From the NCBI GenBank assembly GCA_030390025.1, contig CM059432.1:65970001-66034000 (forward strand): DNA of 64,000 nt, in the 5' to 3' direction. A model generated the notes under the pieces. The model was given only the letters and a program-made list of their open reading frames with translations. It did not search any database and was not told the DNA's origin. This DNA is from Squalus acanthias (lineage: Eukaryota). A program made the translations under genes and the position numbers. Shown piece by piece: positions 25,760-37,075 of the stretch (position 1 is the first letter of the stretch; every line of letters starts with the position of its first letter).

Positions 25760-26957
25760 GTTAAGTAAATCTGGCCATGATGAGGCCATCCCTGGCCTCC
25801 CGGGCAGCAATGTGCTTGGGTGCTGGTGGGATCTGGACCGCAGGTTGCTCCTGTTTCCTCCTCATCATCATCTTCTAGCTGATGCTCCTCTTGCTCCTCC
25901 TCTGAAGAGGCTGCGCGCTCAAAGCCTTGCTCCTCATGCAGCACTAATCCTCACTGCTACGCTATGTTGCTCAGGACACAGCAGACCACGACGATTCTGG
26001 AGACCCTGGTTGGTGGGTACTGAAGGGCTCCTCCAGATCTGTCAAGGCATCTGAAGCACATTTTCAGCATGCCTATTGTCTGTTCTATGACACATCTGGT
26101 GGAAATGTGGCTTTCATTATATCTTTCCTCGGCCTCAGTACTTTGCCTCCTCAAGGGTGTCATGAGCCACGTCTTCAGTGGATAGCCCGTGTCTCCAAGC
26201 AGCCAACTGTAAAATCTGTTTGGAGGAGTGAAGAGCTGAGGGAGAGTGGGCAGCTGCCAGGGTATTTGAAACACACATGCATGATGATCTTCCTATAGTT
26301 GCAGACGAGCTGCACATTGAGGGAGTGTAAGCCCTTGCGGTTGACAAAGACTCCTGGGTGATGCCCTGATGGCCACATGTGTGCAGTCAATGATGCCCTG
26401 CACTCGTGGGAAGCCAGCCAGAGCGGCAAAGGCCAGCGCCCGCTCAATAACACTGGCTTCATCAGTGGCAAAGTTGATATAATTGGCTGACTTGTCAAAG
26501 AGGGCATCGGTGACCTGTATGATGCATCTGTGGACTGCCGACTGCGAGATGCCGCAAATGTCTGCTGCTGGTCCCTGGAAGGAGCTTGAGGTGAAGAGGT
26601 TGCAGGCACTGGTGACTTTGACAGCCACTGGTAAGGCATGTCCACCCAGTCCTCTGGGCTGCAGGTCTTGCTACAACAATTTACAACTGTCTACGACGAC
26701 CTGGTGCGATAGCCTGAGCCTCCTTTGGCACTACTGCTCCGTCATGTTGAGGAAGCTCATCCTCTGCCTGTATTCCCTGTGCTGGGGGAATTGCCTCCAG
26801 CGCACTGATGCCCTCTGTCCTGTGCAGCATCAGAAGGTTGAGGAGAAGGTTGGTGTTGTTGTTGTTGGTGCTGCTGGTGTGCCTGGTGCTGCTGGTGTTG
26901 GGGCTTATCGTGGTCCGATTCTGAGGACCAAGGTGAGACAGTATAAACGGCACCCAT
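25760..26957 (-). pseudogene. Harbinger DDE transposase (HARBI1-like, DDE_Tnp_4), decayed
   Basis: [31 protein letters not shown] and [12 protein letters not shown] motifs spread over shifting frames. Q/H-rich N-terminus. Confidence 0.88.
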
Positions 26958-27652
26958 GCTTATGTAATAGCTGGCAGGTCAAGTAGAGATGACAGAAACA
27001 AGCTGTTTTATCAATGAGGTGACAGTGGATCGAGACTTTGCTGAAAAGACTTGCAACCTCTAGAAAGCTAAATTTGTGCTGACAATGCACTTAGCAACAG
27101 CATCTGCCTTAGGAAAGTGACCAGGTGTCAGGTGGGAGTTTTTATTGTACTTTCCATGCTGTGCACTAATGAGCTGCATCAATGGCCACTGAACTTCTGT
27201 CTCAGGTTGACAGACATGGTTCCCCAGCTGCGTGATTCCCGTGGTCATTCAGGGAAATTTGAAAGGTAGGGTTAAAAAGAGGTTTAAGGGTCTGACAAGT
27301 ATCTCATAATGATCTAAATTACCTCAGCCATCTCTGCCTCTCGGGTCACTGCTGTGCTGGCAAATGCGCCCGAGGGAAAGGCGCGTGGGGGCGGGATGAC
27401 AGCGGTTTCCCGACCCGCTCCAAGGTATTTCAAGTTTCCCTCCCAACCCGCCTCCAATCCCGCCTGCATGGACCCCAGAAAATTCCGACCTTCACCTCTC
27501 TCTCCTCCTTTAACACCCTCCTTAGAACCCACATCATTGATCAAGCTTTTAGTCACCCCTCCGAGTATCTCCTTCTTTGGCTTTGCGTCAATTGTTATCT
27601 GATTACACTTCTGTGAAGTGTCTTGGGACATTTTTCTACTTGAAAGTACTAT

Positions 27653-28532
27653 GGGGGAAAAATTCAGTTGGTTGCGCCTTCCGTTAGCGCCTTAAGAGGG
27701 CGCTAATGGGGCGCAAAGCATCTAGCGCCCGGGCGCGGCGATGTTTGCGCCGCTCGCGAAATTAACTAGACATTTTGCGGCGGCGCTAAACACTACCGCC
27801 ATGATCTCCTGCGCCGGCAGATCGTGACGTCAGTCGAGTGCGCAACGCCCCGTTATCGCCCCGGAGCGGATATTGAGTGGCGCCCCCTGCCTTACCACCT
27901 GCCGCTGGCAACGACAGGTTGAGGGGAGTGTTTTGCAGTCAGGAAGGGACTGGGGGAGCACTATTTAAAGGTGACCGCTTCCTGCCTTTTATTGTTGGCA
28001 ACATTTTAAAACCACGCATTCTGAGAGAGAGAGAGAGAGACTTCTGGAGAGATTCAATGCTGTGTGAACTGAGCAGCCCTTTGCAGGTTCATTTTGATTT
28101 GCCCTTCCTGGTAACGATTTAGAAGAGACTGTGGGGGCTGCACTCTGAGCTCTTTCCCTGGTATTCTCCATTGTTCTTTCCAGCAGATTTGATGTGCAGG
28201 TCTCTCCAGGCCGAGATTCAAGGCTGCAATGAGCAGGATGTGGATGGAAAGCAAGATCAACCCTCCCCTTTAAGAACTGGCCCACGCCATTGTGTCTGTG
28301 TTCCATTGCTGACTGACATCGCATGAGCTTCGCCAGTGCTCTGAGGCAGCGCCTCGCGCCTCGGCCTTTGCGCCTTAAGACAGGTGTGAAGCGCCTGATT
28401 TAGCGCTCCAATCACCTCCAGGGGCGATAAAAGTCAAGTTTGCAGTCGGTGGCGATAATTAGCGCCAGGCACTAATCTTTGCGCCCGGACGATAATTGCG
28501 CCCCAAATGGGGCGATACTGAATTTCTCCCCC
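27653..28532. mobile_element. ~880-bp Harbinger-type MITE A, inserted in an L2 tail
   Basis: TIRs gggggaaaattcagt and actgaatttctccccc, with TAT TSD. Confidence 0.85.
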
Positions 28533-28780
28533 TATATAAATGCAAGCCATTGTTGTAGTAGTACATTACCCTCATTAATAGCCCTCACTCTATTGACATA
28601 GGAGGGAAAACAGAGGAGGAGAAGACAGGTACAGCACACAAAAACAAAAAAATTAAGGACTGGAGTAAGAATTGTATTTGAGAACAATAAAAGAATGTTT
28701 TGAATTTCACGAAGGAAATGGTCAAAGTTATATTATAAAAGAACAAGTAGGAAGTTCTTGCATAGAAAGATAGAGATTTT

Positions 28781-29673
28781 GGGGGAAAAATTCAGTTCGT
28801 TTGCGCCTCCCGTTAGCGCCTTAAGAGGACGTTAATGGGATGCAAAGCAACTAGCGCCCGGGCGTGGCGATATCTGAGCCTCTCGCGAAATTAACTAGTC
28901 ATTTTGCGGCGGCGCTAAACACTACCGCCACAATCTCCTGCGCCGGCAGATCGTGACGTCAGTCGAGTGTGCAACGCCCCGGTAGCGCCCCGGAGCGGAT
29001 ATTGAGTGGCGCCCCCTGCCTTACCGCCTGCCGCTAGCAACGACAGGTTGAGGGGAGCGTTTTGCAGTCAGGAAGGGACTGGGGGAGCGCTATTTAAAGG
29101 CGAACGCTTCCTGCCTTTTTTTGTTGGTGACATTTTTGCACCACGCATTCTGAGAGAGAGAGAGAGAGACTTCTGGAGAGATTCAACACTGTTGAAGGAG
29201 TTTTGGGTACTGAGCAGCACTTTGCAGGTTCATTTTGATTTGCCCTTCCATGCATCTATTTAGAAAAGACTGTGGGGGCTGCACTCTTAGCTCTTTCCCT
29301 GGTTCTCTCCATTGTTCTTTCCAGCAGATTTGATGTATAGGTCTCTCCAGGCCGAGATTCAAGGCTGCAATGAGCAGGATGTGGATGGAGAGCAAGATCA
29401 ACCCTCCCCTTTAAGAACTGGCCGGCGCCATTGTGTTTGTGTTCCATTGCTGACTGACATCACATGAGCTTCGCCAGCGCTCTGAGGTAGCGCCTCGCTC
29501 CTCAGCCTTTGCGCCTTAAGACAGGTGTGTAGCGCCTGATTTAGCGCTCCAATCACCTCCAGGGGCGATAAAAGCCAAGTTTGCAGTCGGAGGCGATAAT
29601 TAGCGCCAGGCACTAATCTTTGCGCACAGCCGATAATTGCGCCCCAAACGGGGCGATACTGAATTTTTCCCCC
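28781..29673. mobile_element. ~890-bp Harbinger-type MITE A' (same family as 27653-28532)
   Basis: Collinear high similarity and the same TIRs. Confidence 0.85.
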
Positions 29674-29835
29674 AATTTATTTAGAGAACTGTTGATATAG
29701 TGGAGTACTAGATAGGAATGGGGTCCCGTGTATGTACTTGACATGATGGGGTGTTTCTTCTTAACCTAAACAAAGTGATTTTAATTGGATGTTTTATGCC
29801 TTTTGATCATGTTTAGCATTAATACTTGTTCTTAC

Positions 29836-29927
29836 CGCTACTTGCCCTGAGCTTGATGGTCATCATTTCATCACCTGAAAGTTTGCCTTTCTTCAGTGCT
29901 AGGGAAGCTCGGGGACAACCTGACAAA
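29836..29927 (-). CDS. ST18: ST18-like exon: [31 protein letters not shown]
   Basis: 92 nt, acceptor ttttcag and donor gtaaga, phase 2 to 1. Confidence 0.9.
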
Positions 29928-31080
29928 CTGAAAACATAAATATGTGATGAGAAAGATAATTTTCTGTCCATTTTAAAGAAACAAATTCAGTTAAGTGCAG
30001 TTACTTACGAAACTGTACAAATATATATTGAAATGCTGAGTACTGAGGTGCAGATACATAAGTAGCTTTGAATCAAGCAGTAGTTTCAATTAAGGGACAC
30101 ATGCCTTTCATCTGTGGGTGTCAATGATCCCAACTACAAATCAATTTAGAGTCACTTAAAGCTACAAATCACTAGTGGCAAAAACAAAGGGCGATTGGTT
30201 GACACGTTCGTATGATATTCTGCTCTTTGCTACTTTGACAGATGCATTAAACCATTTATTTTAAAATAATGAACAGAAGAATATCATAGAAACACATTAA
30301 AGATTCATCTGCTAATATCAGCAGCCATAATTTCTAGCCTTAATCCTAAAACGATGAAAAATAAAATAAGGATACTTTTGAACTATATATAACCAAATTA
30401 GATGTTTTAAAAATTGGATTTGGTTGCCCTGTCCATGACCTGACTTTATACATAAATAGTACTTCACTTAAATTATCCTTCTGATTATAACATTTTTTCT
30501 AGTTATTATGGGATATATTTTCCAACTAATAAGTGCTCAAATGTCACAAATATATTCCATCTTTCTGCATGCAACTTGAACGACTCCATAAAGAATTGAG
30601 CACTCACATTAAATTCATCTGAAACGGGCTATATTTTCTGACTAACCCATTTAAGGTTAACGGGTTTATGCATGGATTTAAAAAGTGCACAGACGGATTT
30701 AGTACGAGTGTGCTAAGTGTTCACAGGGAAATAGCACCAGTCGGAAAATGTACCCTGTCTCAAATCATAACAATGCCTCTTTGCCTCTTGTTATCTCTCT
30801 CATTATAACATCTTTTCATTTGCTTCATATTCGGACCCATCTCTTAAATATCAAACAAATATAATGCATTTCTTAAACAGTTTTAATTTGGTCATGTGTG
30901 ACAATATTACAAATGAAAAGCACCTTTTAAAAATTAATGCAAATAGACTAAATTCATTTGCATTAAAGTATGTACAATGTAGGGCAAGTCCTCCAGTCTG
31001 AGTCCACTCATTACAAATATGGCTACAAAGTAGGTGCATTTTTTTTACAGGCGTAACAAGAAGAAAGCGTCCATACTGAC

Positions 31081-31302
31081 CTTCGGTGGGTGACAAAACT
31101 GCCATTAATGTGACCAGATCCATCACAGCCTGGTGTAGGGCAGGTTGTACCTTCAGCTTTACCAGATTTCCATGGGAATTGGGAACCATTCAGAGAAGCC
31201 TCCTTTTGTCTCTTTGCGGCTAGAGGGCAACCTGATGCACTGCGATGCGATGAGTACTTGCCAGATATGTGACCCTGCCCATCACAACCTATCACTGGGC
31301 AC
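31081..31302 (-). CDS. ST18: ST18-like exon with two C2HC fingers: [25 protein letters not shown]...[20 protein letters not shown]
   Basis: 222 nt, AG/GT ends. [16 protein letters not shown] is the ST18-type variant as I recall it. Confidence 0.93.
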
Positions 31303-32469
31303 CTTAGAAAGACAGAAACAATGCGCTGTAAACCTCATTGTCAATGAATAGGTCAACCATGTTATCAGTTCACATGCAGAAAATAGTGTTATTAATTCTG
31401 TGTCATTTTTCTTCTTATGATATACAAGTGATTTAAATAACATTGTTTTAAATGTTAAGTTGCCACGACATATTTTGGACAGTACAGCAGAAACAATAAC
31501 TCATAATTGATTTTAGGACTGATCTATTCAAATGTCGGAAACACATGGCACACAACTGATCATTTCATTCATTGCCAAATCTGTCTCGAGCATGTCCAGA
31601 ATTACCATGCCATGCTCTCTGCAGCCAATACCTCCTGCTACTCCAGGATCATCCTGGAGGGCAAGTACAAGCCTAGGCTCCACTTCTCCACAATGTACCA
31701 CCTCCTCAAATCCCAATCCCTCTCATCCTCCACCTTTACCTTCAATACCAAGTGTGAAGAGCCTACAGAATTCTTTGGGGGTGAAATTAGACGTGGCTGC
31801 GCCTGTTTTCCAGGTCAAAAGCGGGTGCAAAGAGGTTCAATTTATGAGGCCAACCTCTGGCACCTGAATAGTATTGGAAACATGTCCTATGCCATATTGG
31901 TTCTGGAGTTGTAGAGGCGTCCCTGGCGGCTGCCTAAAACAGGTGTTCGGCCCCTTGGATATGCGAATAAGGGGCCTAACGCCTGTTTTAGGACCCAAAC
32001 TTGAAATTGATAAGCCCTGAACGCAGCAGGCATCGCACCATAACCAATTTCCACCCCATATTCTTCAGTCCACCTCTTCCTCATCCATATGCTGCAGTCA
32101 ATGACATCATCTACAGGCACAGGGTCAACCTCCATATCAATGGTGATGACATACAACTCTACCACTCCACCACCTCTCTCGAACCCATTACTACCTCCAT
32201 GCTATCTGACCAGCTGCCTGACATAACATCATAAATGAGTCACAGCCTCTTTCAATTGAACAGCGGGAAGATTGTTGCTATCCATTTTGGCCACCACTAT
32301 AAACTCTGCTTCTTTTCTACTGACTCCATCCTCCTTCCCAGCCAAATGTTCAACTGAACCAGGCCAGGCAAAGTCTTGATGTGCCTTGGACCTGGAGCTG
32401 AGCTTAGGAGTCCACATCCTGTCCAGCACCAAGACCACGTACTTTCCCCTCCACAGCATTGCCTGCATG

Positions 32470-32790
32470 GTCAACACGGTGGCATAATGGTTAGCGCTGT
32501 TGCCTCACAGCGCCAGGGACCCAGGTTCGAATCCGGCCTCGGGTGACTGTCTGTGTGGAGTTTGCACATTCTCCCCGTGTCTGCGTGGGTTTCCTCCGGG
32601 TGCTCCGGTTTCCTCCCACAGTCCAAAGATGTGCGGGTTAGGTTGATTTGGCTATGATAAATTGACCCTTAGTGTTAGGGGGATTAAATATGTGGGGTTA
32701 CGGGGATAGGGTAGGATATGTGTCGGTGCAGGCTCGATGGGCCGAAATGGCCTCTATCTGCACTGTGGGGATTCTGTGATTCTGTGATTT
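32470..32790 (+). mobile_element. HE1-like V-SINE (tRNA head, V-domain, CR1-type tail), inside a decayed L2
   Basis: A box tggcataatgg, B box ggttcgaatcc, V-domain gtggagtttgcacattctccccgtg, and gattctgt tail repeats. Confidence 0.85.
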
Positions 32791-33087
32791 ATCTTAATCT
32801 TTCATCACTTCTATTCTTGCTAACATACATTGGCTCTCTGTCCTGCACAGACATTACATTTAAAATCCTCTGCCTCATCTTCAAAGTCCTCTATGGCCTT
32901 GCCTCACACTAGCTATGCAACCTCATTCAGTTTTATATCCACTCCATCACCTTTTGGTATTATGCTTATGGCTTTTTGAGCATCCTGCCCTCCCTTCACC
33001 CATCACTGGTAGTAGAACTTTCAGCTACATGGGCCCTACATTTTGGAACTCCCTCGCTAAACTCTTTCACCTCCATTTCTCTCTTTA

Positions 33088-35160
33088 CATAGAAATACAC
33101 AGAATTACGTAGAATATATGGCACAGAAACAGGCCATTCGGCCCAACCAGTCCGTGCCGACATTTTTGCTCCACTCGAGCCTCCTCCCATCCTTACTCAT
33201 CTAACTCAATTAACATATTCCTCCAGTCCCTTCTCCCTCATATGCTCATCTAGTCTCCCCTTAAATGCATCTATACTATTCACCTCAACTACTCCCTGTG
33301 GTAGGGAGTTCCACATTCTCACCACTCTCTGGGTGAAGAAGTGTCTTCTGAATTCCCTATTGGATTTCTTGGTGACTATCTTATATTGATGGCCTCCAGT
33401 TTTGCTCTGCCACACAAGTGGAAACACTCTCTCTGTGTTTACTCTATCAAAACCTTTCATAATTTTAAAGACCACTAATAAGTCACCCCTCAGTCTTTCC
33501 TTTTCAAGAGAAAACAGTCCCAACCTATTCATCCTTTCCTTATAGGTATAAACTTGCCTTTCTGGTATCATCCTTGTAGATCCTTTTTGCACCCTCTCCA
33601 GTGCCTCTATCCTTTTTATAATACGGCGACCAGAATTGTACACATTCCAAGTGTATTCTAACCAAGGTTCAATACAGGTTTAGCATAACTTCTCTACTTT
33701 TCAATTCTATCACTCTAGAAATAAACCCTAGTGCTTGATTTGTATTTTTTTATGGCCTGACGTTGCTACTTTAGTGATTTGTGTATTTGCACTCCCAGAT
33801 CTAGATTCTTATTTTCCAAGTAATATGTGACCTCCTTATTTTTCTTACCAAATTGTAATACATCACACTTATTTGTGTTAAAATTAATTTGCTAATTATT
33901 TGCCCATTCTGCAAGTTTATTATTGTCTTCTTATAATTCTTGTAACATTCGCGCCACACAAGTGCCAGGCAATGACTATCTCCAACAAGAGAGCGTCTAA
34001 CCACTGCCCCTTGACATTCAACGGCATTAACATCGCCAAATCCCCCACCATCAACATCCTGGGGGTCACCATTGACCAGAAACTTAACTGGACCAGCCAC
34101 ATAAATACTGTGGCAACAAGAGCAGGTCAGAGGCTAGGTATTCTGTGGCGAGTGTCTCACCTCCTGACTCCCCAAAGCCTTTCCACCATCTACAAGGCAC
34201 AAGTCAGGAGTGTGATGGAATACTCTCTACTTGCCTGGATGAGTGCAGCTCCAACAACACTCAAGAAGCTCGACACTAACCAGGACAAAGCAGCCCGCTT
34301 GATTGGCACCCCATCCACCACCTTAAACATTCACTTCCTCCACCACTGGCACACCGTGGCTGCAGTGTGTACCATCTACAAGATGCACTGCAACAACTCG
34401 CCAAGGCTTCTTCAACAGGATCTCCCAAACCCACAACCTCTACCACCTAGAAGGACAAGGGCAGCAGGCACATGGGAACACCATCACCTGCAAGTTCCCC
34501 TCCAAGTTACACACCATCCTGACTTAGAAATATATCGCCGTTCCTTCATTGTCGCTGTGTCAAAATCCTGGAACTCCCTCCCTAACAGCACTGTGGGAGT
34601 ATCTTCACCACAAGGACTGCAGCGGTTCAAGAAGGCGGCTCACCACCACCTTCTCAAGGGCAACTAGGGATAGGCAATAAATGGTGGCCTTGCCAGTGAT
34701 GCCCACATCCCAGGAATGAATTAAAACAAATTGTTGCAGTCCTCCTCAGCATTGACTATCCCACCCCACCCCCACAATTTGGTGTCATCTGCAAATTTAG
34801 AAATTATGTTTTTGATTCCAAAGTCTAAATTGTTAATATAAATTGTGAGCATCAGTTGTCCCAACACTGATCCTTGTGGGACCCCACTTTCCACCTTCTG
34901 CCACTCTGAATAGCTATCTTTACCCTTACCCTCTGCTTTTTCCCTTGCAGCCGGCTAGCTATCTATTCTGCTACTTGTCCCCTGATTCCGCATGCTCTGA
35001 CATTTTATTATGTGGCACCTTATCAAAGGCCTTTTGAAAATCTAGATAAATTACATTTACTGCATTACCCTTGTCTAATCTCTGTTACCTCTTCAAAGAA
35101 TTCAATGAAGTTGGTCAAGCAAAACTACTCTTTTGAAATCCATGCTGACTATTCATTATT
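33088..35160 (-). mobile_element. CR1 fragment split by an RTE-X-like insertion
   Basis: ORF 33206-33643 (LERVQK...FFTQRVVRMWNSLP). The RT continues at 34730-35160. Confidence 0.8.
33940..34727 (+). mobile_element. RTE-X-like LINE 3' fragment
   Basis: VTFAPHKCQAM...ILGVTIDQKLNW...YKAQVRSVMEY...WNSLP, with a gaatgaattaaaa tail. Confidence 0.72.
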
Positions 35161-35504
35161 ATATTTTTTTAAATTACTTTTACAAATCTACTTAAAACCC
35201 ATCATTTTGATCAAGCTTTCAGTCACCCCTCCCAACCTCTCCCTTCATGGCTTGGCATCTACTCGCCCATCTACTTCTGTTGTGAAGTGTCTGGGGATTT
35301 TTTTTTACATTAAAGGAACCATATAAATGAAAGTTGTTGTTATTATTTAATATTAAGTGACATGACAAATCCTATTCTGGGAAAATGATTTCAACAGATT
35401 TTTCACACAACTGATTATTTCATCATAGTGCATTTTTTTGGTGAATGATAAGCATTATAGGCAGCAGGTGTTAATTTAAGTTTAATTTTAAAAGTATAGA
35501 AAGA

Positions 35505-36421
35505 GAGACTTGTTATTATATAGTATGTATTATATTATATACAATGAAGTACTTTTGACGTGCAGTCACTATTGTAATGTAGGAAACACGACACTAATTT
35601 GCACACAAGGTACCACAAACAGCAATACAATAATGACCAGATAATCTTTTTTTCATGATTTTTTTTGTGTGTCAGCTGTGGCTCAGTTGGTAGCACCCTT
35701 GCCTCTTAGTCAGAAGATTGTGGGTTCAAGTCTGCACTCCAGGGACTTGAGCACAAAAATCTAGGCTGGTGCTCCAGTGCAGTACTGAGGGAATGCTGCA
35801 CTGTTGGAGGTGCTGTCTTTTGGATGAGATGCTAAACCAAAGCCCTGTCTGCTCTCTCAGGTGGACATAAAAGATCCCGTGGCACTATTTCGAAGAAGAG
35901 CAGGGGAGTTCTCCCTGGTGTCCTGACCAATATTTATCCCTCAACCAGCATCACTAAAACAGATTATCTGGTCATTATCACATTGCTGTTTGTGGGAACT
36001 TGCTGTACACAAATTGGCTGCTGCATTTCCTACATTACAACAGTGACTACACTTCAAAAAGTACTTCATTGGCTGTAAAGTGCTTTGGGATGTCTGGTGG
36101 TCATGAAAGGTGCTTTATAAATGCAAGTCTTTTTTTCTTCTTTATGATGTTGGTTGAGGGATAAATATTGGCCTGGACACGGGAGGAAAACTCCCCTGCT
36201 CTTCTTCAAATAGTACCATGGATCTTTTACATCCACCTGAGAGGGTAGACGGGGCTAATATCTAATTGGTCTAATATCTCATCCGAAAGACAGCACCTCC
36301 AACAGTAAAGCACTCCCTCAGTGTTAGCCTAATTTTGTGCTCAAGTGTCTGGCGTGGGACTTGAACCTAAAATCTTCTAGACTCAGAGGCAAGAGCATTA
36401 CCACTGAGCCACGGTTGACAC
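35505..36421 (-). mobile_element. Same-family SINE in antisense, split by the 35668-36135 copy
   Basis: The tail half (35505-35660) and head half (36145-36421) are reverse complements of the nested copy. Confidence 0.75.
35668..36135 (+). mobile_element. tRNA-derived Deu-domain SINE (SacSINE1-like), full length
   Basis: A box tggctcagttgg, B box ggttcaagtc, Deu-like core and L2-type tail. Confidence 0.8.
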
Positions 36422-36687
36422 ATGTGAGCCTAAGCTCAAAGAAGCTTAGGGTGCTTTGATGTTAATTCAAATTTTAAGTCACTGTGGACCAAAAACACCC
36501 ATAAAGATTTCTCATAGTTTACCCGCAACATATGCTCACACATCACCTGTAGATTAGTTCCCAGAAATAAATCTCTTAATTTACTGGCCCACTAATAAAC
36601 AAAGATATCTTTGTCAGAAAAAGTGATGTCAAAGTCATTACCAAGTGGCAGAATTTCTAAATAATGGGCTGTTACTCTCCATCCTAC

Positions 36688-36771
36688 CTGACTAACTCTG
36701 AGTCTTCTTTGTCATCCTTACTGGGTGTCAGTTTAAATCCACCTTTTTTTGCACGTGGGCATCCAGAGAGG
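36688..36771 (-). CDS. ST18: ST18-like exon: [29 protein letters not shown]
   Basis: 84 nt, AG/GT ends, follows a 92-nt intron. Confidence 0.92.
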
Positions 36772-36863
36772 CTGGAAGATAAAATTGATCGTACACTCAC
36801 ATATGGAATATCTGTTGTTTATCAACACTGCCCTTATGTTTTTCAGTATGTTACCATACTTAC

Positions 36864-36926
36864 CTTCTGTGTGAAGCATAGTTTCCAGTCACATGACCAG
36901 AGCCATCACAACCAGGTGTTGGACAC
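36864..36926 (-). CDS. ST18: ST18-like exon: C2HC zinc finger [20 protein letters not shown]
   Basis: 63 nt, AG acceptor and gtaagt donor. Confidence 0.93.
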
Positions 36927-36949
36927 CTAACATAATAAGAGAAAAATAT

Positions 36950-37075
36950 AAAAGGTCATCGACCTTAAACGTTAACTCTGTTTTTCTCTCTACAGATGCT
37001 GCCTGACCTGCTGAGTATTTCCAGCATCTTCTGTTTATACTTCAGATTTCCAGCATCCGCAATATTTTGCTTTTG
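36950..37075 (+). mobile_element. Short non-autonomous repeat, probably Penelope-derived
   Basis: ggtcatcgacc...aaacgttaactctg...acagatgctgcctgacctgctg, with a related copy at 38036-38165. Confidence 0.55.

Larger units (their letters stand above)
19150..27490 (+). mobile_element. Full-length PIF/Harbinger element copy 2 (Myb gene on +, transposase on -, convergent) with nested insertions
   Basis: TIRs ggacggagttttctg and cagaaaattccgacc. TTC TSD at 19147-19149 and 27491-27493. Confidence 0.85.

Noticed and set aside
25760..26957. Domesticated HARBI1 host gene
   Set aside because: Frameshifts and stops, and it lies within TIRs and a TSD, so it is a transposon relic.
32470..32550. tRNA genes here and at 35668-35740
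   Set aside because: The A/B boxes run directly into SINE bodies, so these are SINE heads.
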